Assembly: GCA_038087875.1 (NCBI GenBank)
Contig: CM075977.1
Coordinates: forward strand, 84,816,001 to 84,880,000
Direction: 5' to 3'
Source of the DNA: Malacoraja senta
Lineage: Eukaryota
Length of the DNA: 64,000 nt
The notes under the pieces are model-generated. The model was not told where the DNA came from and ran no database searches. It saw nothing but the letters and a program-made list of their open reading frames with translations. The translations under genes and the position numbers were made by a program. Below are positions 12,479 to 24,466 of this stretch, piece after piece. Position 1 is the first letter of the stretch. The number at the start of each line of letters is the position of its first letter.

Positions 12479-13509
12479 TATATTAAGAGCTAAAAGCCAA
12501 TCAGAATGCTCAGTGAAAGTGTACTACTTATATGATGCTCATGTGTCTACAAACTCTGTGAAAACATTTAGCAAAACAGAACATCCATGACAGACAATAG
12601 TTGCTTATACTGTAAAATCTGAGTGTGATTAAGTTTACAGGTTCCCCCACTATCCCTGAAAAATTGAACATAAATAGCATTTTGAGGCTTAACTGCATTT
12701 GCACATTTTGCTTGGTAGTTAATCAAATATAGCCCAAAAGGGCCAACATTTTGCTGGGGGCTCTTTCAGATAAACAGGTAACTGTTTTTCACAAACTGTA
12801 CTAATTTTGTCAATATTCTTTGACTGCTGGAAATCTTACTGGCCTGAAAACCGCAGGTCAGATCCTGAAATTCACCTATTTACCCTACCAACTGTGCCAA
12901 GTACATATTTTGAACTTCCAAATCTGCTTCATGCATATACAATAGGTTATTTTTATAATTGGGTCTTTGTTATGTTAGTATGGACAAAGTAAAAAATAAA
13001 CTGCCAATGTTATTAAACCATTAGCTCATTTAACGTTTAAATGATCAAGGACAGATTCAATGTCATCCATCAAAGTAATGCTTACTAAAAGCAAGTTTAC
13101 AAATGTTCCCTGTGAATAGTCTCTCTCATTGTGTCAGGTTATGTGGTTTGCCACAATAATAATGATAGCAATTAACTATTACATTAGAACAATCCAGGTA
13201 ATAAGTGAGGTTTGACAGCGTTTTTCAAAGTCCATCCACAAACAATGTACAGTAGATCTTTGATAACTCTGCACATTCAGGATTTCGATTGGGCTGGACT
13301 GACTTATGGTCTAGATTACTAGATGTTATTCTTATTAATATGCCAACACACTTTAAACTAGTTTTCTTTTTAAATGTTACACAGTATTACAATAAATTAA
13401 ACAGTTAAACTGATAGGTTTAAAGAGTGTGCAGAAAACATGTGATGATAAAGATTTATTAGAGTTGTGCTGCAATTAACAAATTAAAAAGAGGTTAAATG
13501 AAACAAGGT

Positions 13510-13800
13510 TTGTTTCCACCCATCACTTACCAGCTTCTGTCACAAAACTTCTCCTCACCCCTCCACAACCTGGTTCCATCACCTTATAATAGCTCCCTAT
13601 CTGGTTCTACCTACCACCTACCGCTCTCCACACCCCCCCCCCCCTTTCCCATCTGCATACTGGGCATCTTCCCTGTGCACATTCAGTCCTCATTCAGGGA
13701 CTCGAAATGACGACAATCTCTCTCCCTCCGCAGATGATGCCTGACCCGCTGTTCCCCAAGCAATTTGATTTTTGCCCCAGGTTACAGCATCCACAGGCTC
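13510..13800 (+). mobile_element. Penelope-like 3' fragment, degenerate
   Basis: C/T-rich tract, then CAGTCCT...GAAATGACGAC...CAGATGATGCCTGACCCGCTG. Confidence 0.55.
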
Positions 13801-14689
13801 CACTTTGCTTTAAATAGTTGAGTTCCCATTTAACTGCATCTTCAGATTTCATAGTATTCATATATATATTTTTACACTAAAACCTGAAAACTACAGATAT
13901 TAATGTGGTATCTGTAAGAATATATATTTTTAAAAAACCAAGAATGGTTTTGTTTACTGGCACAAGCATCCTTGAATGTCAAATCCATCAAGCTAGATGC
14001 ACTCACCCCTACACATCAGGAAGGGCAAGGGAAACAAGATTTCTTTAATGAGTATCCAGGTATTGAAATACACTGCACTGTTAAAAGTAAATGGGCAAAC
14101 ATTAGTGCAGTGACTAATCAGTCTGCAGTCAATTGCTCTGAAGAAAACTTTCATTAATAAGCAGCAGAGAGAGCTGATGGGACAGGCAAGTTTGATTTCT
14201 TCATATCTGTTCAGTGTAATGGTTTTGCATTAACACTGGGCACTTCACATTCTATTAAAAGAGATATTAGCCATTTGAAAAGGATCTTTGATACTCAGAA
14301 AAAGGCAGCTTGGAAAACATGGCAAAAGTAAGTTTTTTTTTGGTGCTGCAGGTGTTATTTAAAACCACCATGCATGTAACTCATCCAATAAACATTTTTT
14401 TGGTCTCCCGAGCCTGTCGAGGAGAGTGGGATGGAAATTGTGCAAGTCTATGGCGATTTATGTTGGCAACAGAGTATCGATTCCATTAATGTTTGAGAAG
14501 GTTATCTCAAAGACCTTATTCTCAAGTGATACTGGGCTTGTGCTAGGTGTCTTTTTATGCTGACTAACTTGGAAAAAAGTACAAAAACGGATTCCTTTGG
14601 TTGAAAATCCTTCAGCCAAGAAAGACAATAGTTTAACCATATTCTGTTCAACCACCTCAGCTGCTGGCACAAACTGAATAAGGAGATAT

Positions 14690-14757
14690 GTCACCCATTC
14701 CTTCTCTCCAGAGATGCTGCCTGTCCCGCTGAGTTACTCTAGCATTTTGTGTCTATC
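14690..14757 (+). mobile_element. Short Penelope-derived repeat with TSD
   Basis: GTCACCCATTCCTTCTCTCCAGAGATGCTGCC... flanked by the 11-bp direct repeat TAAGGAGATAT (14679-14689, 14758-14768). Confidence 0.8.
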
Positions 14758-15409
14758 TAAGGAGATATATAGGGTTTGGGGCACAGCTCAGCTCCGCGTT
14801 CAGACTTTCCACCTCATCCAGTTACCGAACAACACAGTTCTGCGACCGTCGCAATACAAATTCAATAAAAAGATAGCTGCAGAATAAAATTGAGAATGTG
14901 GCAGATAACACAAATACTGGGTCCTCAGGATGAACACAGAACAGTTCAGGGACAGACCCTTCGGCACACAATATCATGCCAAACATTATGCCAGGTTAAA
15001 CTAATTTCCTCTGCCAGTGATCCATATTTCTCCATTCACTGCATATCGCTGTGGTTGGACACTAATCTAGAGTAGGAATGTGAAATGTGAAATGCTTGTG
15101 CAGATTGCTTCAATTCTTGAGGCCAACACCGAGAACCCATCGCAGGCAAGTCTTTAGTAAAATGGTTTCCCATTACTTAAGTTTTCCCCTCAGCACTTCC
15201 CCCCCATACCTGCACCATTCCCTATCCCACACAGGACAAATTATCACCTACCACAATCTTCTATCTTGACCCTCCTCTGTCACTAATCTCCGACTTATCC
15301 CATCCCCAATAAACTTCCTGCCTGATCCAACCTCTCCCATCCACCACCACCAATTTCTTGCCCCATCCCCATCCCCATCTCCTCCCTTGCCACACTTCAG
15401 TCCAATACT

Positions 15410-15662
15410 TAGTCCTACACATTAGGGGCAATTGTAAATTGTCCATGTTAGTCAGCATAACAAGCCCAGTATCACTTGAGAATAAGATCTTTGAGATAAC
15501 CTTCTTGAACATTAACCTACAAATCCACATGTCTGTGGGATGTGGGAAGAAACCAGAACACCTGGAGGAAACCCACGCAGTCACGGGAGAATGTCCAAAC
15601 TCCACAGAGATAGCACCTACCATCAGGATCTAATCTGGGTGCTGAGACACATTAGCTCCACC
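15410..15662 (-). mobile_element. tRNA-derived SINE with an internal foreign segment
   Basis: Same family core on the reverse strand. Confidence 0.65.
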
Positions 15663-16180
15663 TGTGTTCATTAACACAATATTAATTTTAATATTTGAGA
15701 TTTTAAAACAAAATTCACTATGACCTTGCATTATGTCTACTGCAGACCTCCCACTCTCTCCAGTGGGACTGCTTATACTTCATTTCCTCTACACTGTCAC
15801 CAACGTTACTCAAGCAACATTGGAGATGGGGACATTATTTTTTTCCCATTGCCAGTCTTAATATAAATAGTGTTTTCAAGCGGTAATTTTTTTTCTCTTG
15901 CTAATTGTCACTTTACTTTTGAATAAGCGAAGCTCTGTTCTTTAAGTAGTTATTTACTCTGTGAGAGGCATCACACTGAAGAACACACTTATCAATTTGG
16001 AGAGTGGGTGGGGAAAGGAGTGAGAAACAGTTTGGTTTTCATCTGCACATGTTCAGCAGAGTCAGTATTAAATACTGATTATACATGCTTGAGTTGACCT
16101 TCTCCGCCCTATGCTCGGAACTGAGACTGATGATTGGATTTGGCCAGTTTGAACCAGAGATCAAAGCAAAGACCATCCAT

Positions 16181-16275
16181 AGGTACACACAAAAAGCTGG
16201 AGTAACTCAGCGGGTCAGGCAGCATCTCTGGAGAAAAGGAAAATGTGACGTTTTGGGTCAAGACCCTTCCGCAGT
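16181..16275 (-). mobile_element. Short Penelope-derived repeat (mutated hammerhead core)
   Basis: Reverse complement of the family at 36980 and 39327. Confidence 0.75.
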
Positions 16276-16559
16276 CCCTTCTTACACAAAGACCATCCAG
16301 AACAGTTAAACACTAGATAAATTCATTGAGCCACCAGTTGAAATGCAATAGACTAATAATGCCTCTGATTATAAAAAAAAGATGGAAGAAACCTGTCCCC
16401 ACCTCAGGTTCTTTGCACTCGTCACAGAAAATCTTCAAAGCCTGGTCCTAACTATACATTACATAGAATTTTACAAAGAAAATTAAAATTCTGTGTGATT
16501 CATTGTAACTGCTTAAGGCAGTAATATAAGAAAAACTTTGCCTGATACATCTGATTGTA

Positions 16560-18098
16560 CAGTGCCCCCTATAATGTTTGGGACAAAGACCCATCATTTA
16601 TTTAATTTGCCTCGGTACTCCACAATTTCAGATTGTTATAGAAAAAAAATCACATGTGATTAAAGTGCACATTGTCAGATTTTATTAAAGGCCATTTTTA
16701 TACATTTTGGTTTCAACATGTGGAAACTACAGCTGTGTTTATACATAGTTCCCCATTTCTGGGCACCATAATGTTTGGGACACATGGCTTCACAGACGAT
16801 TGTAATTGCTCAGGTGTGTTTAATTGCCTCCTCAATGCAGGTATAAGAGTGCTCTCAGCACCTAATCTTTCCTCCAGTCTTTCCATCACCTTTGGAAACT
16901 TATATTGCCGTTTATCAACATGAGGACCAAAGTTGTGCCAAGGAAAGTCAAAGAAGCCATTATGAGACTCAGAAACATAAATACAACTGTTAGAGACATC
17001 AGCCAAACCTTAGGCTTACCAAAATCAACTGTTTGGAACTTCATTAAGAAGAAAGAGAGCACTGGTGAGCTTACTAATAGCAAAGGGACTGACAGGCCAA
17101 GGAAGACCTCCGACCTCCACAGCTGATGACAGAAGAATTCTCTCGATAATAAAGAAAAAAAACCAAACACCTGACGGACAGATCAGAAACACTCTTCAGG
17201 AGTGGATTTTTTAAAGACCACTGTCCGCAGAGGACTTCATGAACAGAAATAGAGGCTACACTGCAAGATGCAAACCACTGGTTAGCTGCAAAATAGGATG
17301 GCCAGGTTACAGTTTGCCAAGAAGTATTTAAAAGAACAACCACTGTTCTGGAAAAAGGTCTTGTGGACAGATGAGACAAAGATTAACTTATATCAGAGTG
17401 ATGGCAAGAACAAGTATGGAGGAGAGAAGGAACTGCCTAAGATCCTAAGCATACCACCTCATCTGTGAAACACGGTGGTGGGGGTGTTATGGCCTGGGCA
17501 TGTATGGCTGCTGAAGGTACTGGCTCACTTATCTTCATTGCTGATACAACTGCTGATGGTAGTAGCATAATGAATTCTGTGGAGTGTAGACACATCATAT
17601 CTGCTCAAGTTCACACAAATGCCTCAAAACTCATTGGCCGGCGGTTCATTCTACAGCAAGACAATGATCCCAAACACAAAGGAGTTTTTCAAAGTTAAAA
17701 AATGGTAAATTCTTGAGTGGCCAAGTCAATCACCTCATCTGAACCTAATTGAGCATGCCTCTTATATGCTGAAGAGAAAACTGAAGGGGATTAGCCCCCA
17801 AAACAAGCATAAGCTAAAGATGGCTGCAATACAGGCCTGGCAGAGCATCACCAGAGAAGACACCCAGCAACTGGTGATGTCCCAAACATTATGGTGCCCT
17901 AAAATGGGGGACTATGTACAAACACTGCTGTATTTTCTACATGGTGAAACCAAAATGTATAAAAATAGCCTTTATTAAAATCTGACAATGTGCACTTTAA
18001 CCACATGTGATTTTTTCTATTACAAATCTCAAATTGTGGAGTACAAAGGCAAATAAATAAATGATGGGTCTTTGTCCCAAACATTATGGAGGATACTG
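16560..18098 (+). mobile_element. Tc1-family transposon, copy 3, defective
   Basis: TA|CAGTGCCCCCTATAATG...CATTATGGAGGATACTG|CA; fragmented transposase; internal deletion near 17880. Confidence 0.95.
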
Positions 18099-18338
18099 CA
18101 ATTTAAAGTTACTGGCTACTATACAGCAGTTGAAATGAAAAGCATTGCCTGCCTTCCGTGGTAGTAGTTCCACCTTGCTCATAGGCAGTCAAAGCCCTTT
18201 GAACACCCAAGTTAAAAGATTACAAAAAATAAAATAAATGAAAGGTACAATGAAACACTACCACGTTTAACTAAAACCATTACAATATGGTAAAATAATC
18301 CAAACATTTACTGATAGCTTATCCACATGATCCATAAC

Positions 18339-18828
18339 TAGGGTTTGCCAACTGTCCCGTATTAGCCGGGACATCCTGTATTTTGGGCTAAATTGGTTTG
18401 TCTCCGTACGGGACCGGCCTTTTCCCGTATTTGACTGTTACTACTCGGGTCGAGGGGACTGTAGGGTCGGAGCGCCGCGTCCGGCCTGCCTCACCCGTGC
18501 CGATATAGTGCAGCAGCAGCGTCTCGCCCGTGGCCCCATCGGTTGGCAGCCTTCGGACCTTCGCTTACCGCCGACACCCCCCACCCCTCCTTCTCATGGC
18601 CGATGATCATCGGTTCATGTGTTGGATGGGGTTCCGGACTTTGCGCGCGACGTCGCGCGGACCAAAACTCCTCAGCTGGCCCTCAAGCTGGGCTTTGTGT
18701 GCATCAGCACCCGGGTGAACTTATCATTCACCCAGCCAGAGCCGTGTCAGTCAACGAATTGCTGTCAGGAATTTGTCCCGTATTTTGACCGTTTGTCCCT
18801 ATTTGGGAGTGAGAAGTTGGCAACCCTA
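18339..18828. mobile_element. Non-autonomous hAT-type DNA transposon (MITE)
   Basis: TIRs TAGGG(T)TTGCCAACT / AGTTGGCAACCCTA; perfect 8-bp TSD TCCATAAC (18331-18338, 18829-18836); subterminal TGTCCCGTATT repeats; CpG-rich. Confidence 0.9.
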
Positions 18829-19215
18829 TCCATAACATTACTCAAATTAACTGGACCATTTATTGCATCCCTGCCCCTCTAGTTCTAAGCACAAATCTGG
18901 ACACAAATATTCATGCCTTTGTCGTACATGCTGCTGTTGCTTGGTTAATGTTTGAGTCTTCCTGCAAAGGCTGATTGCAACTGTTTGCACTCCACATTTA
19001 ATACTATTACTCACTTGCATATTTGAAATGTTTTCCAATGCAAAGTATTTTGCAGATAAGTCCTTTCATGACATTAAAATGCCATGTCTCTCTCTAGCCT
19101 TTGGTAAGACGCATTTGTTGAGGTCTCAGCGACTTGGCTGCTGTTCCAAAATTGAGCTGCTAATGCACCAGTATTGATTTTCACTGATATTGGGAAAACA
19201 TTGTCCATTTCTTAC

Positions 19216-19405
19216 CTGTTCAGCACCCATAGAGGACAATCCTGATGTTGGCATAGAGGTCATGCTAATCTGGCCTGACATCTGATTCATGTTGTTCATA
19301 CCAGCAGCATTGGTTGCCATAGAAACACTGATATTCATGTTGTTGCTGTACATGCTGGTGTTTGCCTGTTGTCCAAACTGTGGTGGGGACGGCTGTGAAA
19401 ACATG
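19216..19405 (-). CDS. NCOA2: NCOA2 exon 21 equivalent
   Basis: Acceptor ctcttctaatatag|C, donor CAG|gtaaga. [33 protein letters not shown]...GLSSMGAEQ; 190 nt, ends phase 0. Confidence 0.96.
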
Positions 19406-19489
19406 CTATATTAGAAGAGGGGAAAACAAAAATCATATATTAGATTAAGTACATTTCCCTAAAATTGTTACTACTTGGGTCTGTGAGAT

Positions 19490-19701
19490 CTGCATCCAAC
19501 AGGATCCCACTACTGGCCACATCTTCCATCTCCACACCTTTCTGCTTTCCGCAGAAACCGTTCCCTCCGCAACTCCCTGGTCAACTCGTCCCTTCCCACC
19601 CAGTCCACCCCCTCCCCAGGTAATTTCCCCTGCAACCGCAGGAGATGCAATACCTGTCCCTTTACCTCCCCCCTCGACTTCATCCAAGGACCCCAACAGT
19701 C
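19490..19701 (+). mobile_element. Penelope-like element ORF fragment (Cys-rich linker before GIY-YIG)
   Basis: Translates to FRRNRSLRNSLVNSSLPTQSTPSPGNFPCNRRRCNTCPFTSPLDFIQGPQQS. Confidence 0.75.
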
Positions 19702-20469
19702 AGTGATTCTTACCAAGGGTGGGCACACTTTTCATACAGTAGACAACAAGGGCACTCCCTGCCAAACTTTTGAGTCACAATGAAGGTGCTTACACTTTCA
19801 CTCTTCGATCCTCATTGATGCTTTAATCAGATCCAGACTGAATTACTCCACCACTCATCTGTGGACTCTCCACAATGGATAAACACTACTTGCTCAAAAT
19901 GGAAAACCCATCCCATACAAAATTTCACAGGTCAATCACGTGTGGCCTCATTAAACTACACTGCTCCTTACCTCAACTATCCACATAAACCTTGGTTCAT
20001 TTCAAATGGCAAACTGTGCAGTGGAATAGTTAGATATAACAAATACTTCAAAGCAACTAAACAGTTTTGCAAAAATGTCTCCAATTGATTTTTAGTCACA
20101 CAACTTCAATCCCACTCCTCTCCATCACAGAAAGAATTACAGCCCTTAATAATATCCCCCCCCACCCTCCCCAAAAAAAGGGTATGGGTTAAATTGAACA
20201 GCTAACATACCCAAGGGGTTGTTATATAAACACTGTTTACTTTCCTCCATGATTCAACCACTCCACTTTACAAAAGCACATATTTTAGTCTACAAAATTG
20301 TAACCGAATTAAGACCTTTTCTTAATCTTAGAAGTTAGAAAGATTAAAAAGACTCAATTTATTGCAAATCCCACCTCAAATGTCCTGAATGTGATGGTGA
20401 AAGTATTTGCATTCATCTGTTTTCCCACCCTCCCTCTGTAATGGAAGCATGAAGATGGTGAGAAAGTAC

Positions 20470-20647
20470 CTGTTTCCGTTCATGCTTCCCTGTGGCCAGC
20501 CATTAATCTCAGAAGGTGACTGGTAGGTGGGTGTAGGTTGAGACTGCTGTATCATTGAACTCTGTGTATGGCTCATCCTTGGGGACATTAATGGGCTTTG
20601 GGGGGTGGTAGCCCCAGCAAATCCTGCATCAGACTGCTGATTCATTC
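20470..20647 (-). CDS. NCOA2: NCOA2 exon 20 equivalent
   Basis: Acceptor ttcaatcacag|GA, donor ACAG|gtactt. [30 protein letters not shown]...EINGWPQG; 178 nt. Confidence 0.96.
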
Positions 20648-23600
20648 CTGTGATTGAACAAACACCATAAAGCAATTTGAACTATATATATAGTTTCAAG
20701 AACAATTTTATAATATATACTTTATGCATTTAAAAAATATCAAAATTTCTCCATCTATGATTATGAGCAAAATTGACAAAAGTGAGCTTGTGAGCAAAAG
20801 TGGTTGACACTTTTTATCCCTCCTCAACACTGCACACAACCAATTAATTTACCATGAGGAATGAAAGCCAATTATTAATTTTAAAAATGCATCCATTGCT
20901 GTAGTTACATTTTGGCTCTGCCCTCAGAAATACCTTGGGAAAAAATTGCAAATTGAAAGCAACAAACAACAAAACACAATCAGACTTCTATATTCTCAAT
21001 CGGTTAATGAATGCCAAGCACATTTAAAAAATGAATTTTGATATTTTAAATTGATGTATCCACATAATGAAATAAAGAGCTTGCTTAAAATTAATACATG
21101 ATATCTCATATCTGTCACAAGGCAATCAGTAGTTTATTCTGCTCTGTTTAACTATTTCTCACAGCAATGAAGAAATTGTCATTTGCCTCTTCATTATTGG
21201 CATAAACATTTACATTTTTAATTTGGTTCCATTAAAAATCTCCTATGCACAATCGCAGTAACAAATTCCCTTGAGCATCCGTTTTAATAGTCTGGTGGTA
21301 AATTAGGAATTTAGAGAGATGGACACAAGCAGGAATTAAATGATATATGTTAATGTGAAGATTAATTCCCCAAGAACTCACAAAAAGGGAAGTGAATGAA
21401 TGTAACTAAAAAGCATTTATTTTTCATTTTGTCAACATTCAGTTCCTGCAATTTAATTTTGAACATTTTTTAACAGCGTCATTAAAAACCTCAAACCTAA
21501 AACTAGCTTTGTCACCCATGCCTTTTTCATGCTTCATAAAAGGTAGCTCAAGGTGGACACATGGTCATAAATTATTGCCACTATCATAGAAGGTGGACTC
21601 CAACAAAATTGTTAGGTGTTGATGAAGTGTCTCCTTTAAGCAGCTATGTAAGTGACTTATTAAAAAATAAATAAACTTGAAAGAAATTTCTATTCATTTA
21701 TCTTTCCCTCTTATGTACCTTGCATTATGCTTCCCATTCAAATGGCCTGTCAATTGTCCAGACATTGCAATCTAGGTTTACTCTAACACTCCCCAGAGTT
21801 AGCCACTGAATATGAACAAGAGCTTTGGGGTAGGTAACATGATCAACATAATACACCCCCTTTAGGAGAGGACATGCATCAGTTCTCAGGCTTTCTTAAT
21901 CTACAAGACTGTGCTGTGTCATATACTTCATTTACCTCATTAGAGGTAAGCAGAAAATGTGAGTTACTGGTGGAATATTTCCTGAAGTTAGATCAATTTT
22001 GGAATTTACCAGTAAGTTTTCTAACCAGCCACTACTGAGCAAGAACTTTACATGTGAATAATATCCATGAAATTGTCTCATTGATATGGGGCACATTTAG
22101 AAATTAGATCTCCTTAACAGTATTTCATAACAACAATGCACAGAATTTACATGTGCCAATGGATGTCAAATCAATAGGGTACTGGGATTGGGGACGAGAA
22201 TATTGGATGAACTAAATTAATTCCCATTCTTTATTTTTCTGTAACATTTAATTAACATTAAAATGTTGCATGCAAAAATGTTTAGTTCATTTTTATTTCC
22301 ATTATAAGATTCTATGGCTACATTTATAACAGGAAGTTTAACATAATTATAACACCAGTCATACTTTGCAGACAAGAACAGAAGTTTGTTACTGCCAATC
22401 AACAAAAAAGAGGTTTACAAAACCATTGAATTAGCTACACTTGGGGCTGTAACATCCGACTTCACCAATGTTTAAAGCTCAATTTTGTGGGCAAATATAT
22501 CACAAGATGTGTGAAAGCACTCCTATTAAATAAAGGTCATTTTTTTCTGCCATAAAAAATAATGTTAGAAGTCTCATGAGAGTTTTCTTTACAAGGAGAA
22601 TAACTGTTTACACCTTTGAATACTCACAACATAGATTATTCTCAATAACAAAACCATAGAGAACATTAACCTCGAGAACACAGTTTAAATTAGGCATCTA
22701 GGTTCAAAAGATAAATAGCGAAATTAAATATCTCTGAAGTTTGTTAAACTGATTTAATTATTACATCACAAATATATAACTAAAGCTTTTATAGGCATAT
22801 AAAGTATGACCGCATGAAATGTTTCACAGTAATTCAACATAAATCAATTCTGCTCAATCAAGTTTACAAATTTGTAAATTACAATGTTTACTTTAACAAC
22901 AAAATGCTACTCAGTTTTGCAAGTCTAGTAGTTCTGCAAAAATTCTACTGAATCCTGTATCAATGTACTGTCAGTAAGCAAAACGTTATAAACATCTCCC
23001 CCTTATTGAAAATACATAATCCAACTACTTTGGATTCTTAAAACTAATGACGACTTGTAAGAATGATAATGACCAAGGCTGTCAGCATTGAACATTCTGT
23101 GTTCATTTGAGTTATGTGATGTTTAATACAACTTAACACTATTTAGAATTTGCACATGATGTAATATTATTATCAAAATATTGAGTAATCTACTACAGGA
23201 ATGGTTTATGTAGAATTAACTGGTGAAATGCCAGGTATTTGAGGGACTAACAATTGACATCAACCTAAGTGTAACTTAAAATGTAAATTGGTTCAGGTTC
23301 TGTTGAACCTTTACTAGTTGCATCAGATGAATGAAATTTACTCCAACTCAGAATGCCTTTCCCTAACAAAACAATAATGCAATCAGAGATTTATTGGATC
23401 TGCATTATGTATTAATTTTATAAAAAACATTACATTTTGCAAAACATTAGATAACAATTCTCCACCAGTCAACAGAAACAATTCACTAATAAATTATGTC
23501 AGTGTCCAATTCGGATGAGCAGTAAGGCATCCATAATATAAATGCCTGCCTACATATCGGCATGATCTGATGACTGATACTGGGAATCAGTATTTTGATC

Positions 23601-24210
23601 CAAGACCAACAATTTTTTTTAATTATTTTTTAACAATAAAGATCAGAATATACTAATTATAATGTAGCTGCTGATGTGAAACATTTCATTAATGGCCCAC
23701 TTCGATGGTATTTTCCTCATTAAGATCTATGGTCTCACTGAAATGCAATAACTTTAGCCAGCATTGTAGCAGATAAGCAGTGCATGCGAGTTAGTACTGA
23801 ATATCAACATTCACTTCAAAAAAGGAAGGCGGGTCAGGTTAAATAAGGTAAAGACATTGCAAGCAACAGCTCCACACCCAATGCAAAGCCCAAATCAATT
23901 TGATCTATCATTCCCAACACACAAAGACAAAGAATAATGCAATCTGTACAGTAAATAGATTTGCCATTCTAATAGTTAACAGCACTCAGAGGAAAGGCAG
24001 TACCTGAGCTGGGAAACTGGAAGGCATTGTGCTGCACCTGGGGACTCAATAGAGGCCCAAACTGTCCTCCCACATTTCCTATCATCCCCTGGTTAGCCAG
24101 ATTCATCTGTGAGCCATGCAAGGAGCTGTGAGAGAGGAGCTGTGACCCAGGATTTGGGGACACTGGGGAGAAAGGACTGGTGGAAGGCGGTGGGGAAGTA
24201 AGCCCAGTAC

Positions 24211-24466
24211 CATAGTTCGGAGGGAATGGGAACTGTTGTGGTGATGCCTGAGGAATCCGAGGAGTGCTCATGGCAGCTGCCATGCTGCCAGAGGCTGCCA
24301 TATTTGGTGGGATGTTCAAACCCTGCTGCCGCATCATGATGGTTCTCTGTTGCACCTGCTGCTGCTGTTGCTGCTGCTGTTGCTGTTGCATCAATTGTCT
24401 TTGTCGCAGGTGCTGATTCAGAAGCTCACGCTGTCTCTGGGCCAGCATCTGTGCATTTATAGGTCC
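24211..24466 (-). CDS. NCOA2: NCOA2 exon 19 equivalent, Q-rich (short-donor form; long form extends to 24004)
   Basis: Acceptor ttcttcag|GGA, donor TATG|gtactg. [24 protein letters not shown]...QQFPFPPNY. Confidence 0.95.
24356..24388 (-). repeat. NCOA2: Coding CAG/CAA tract, 11 glutamines
   Basis: Read directly; CAG run interrupted by three CAA codons. Confidence 0.95.

Noticed and set aside
14458-14694. ORF FVPAAEVVEQNMVKLLSFLAEG after an AG, as a candidate missing exon
   Set aside because: No similarity to p160 proteins, no convincing donor, and the acceptor abuts a repeat insertion.
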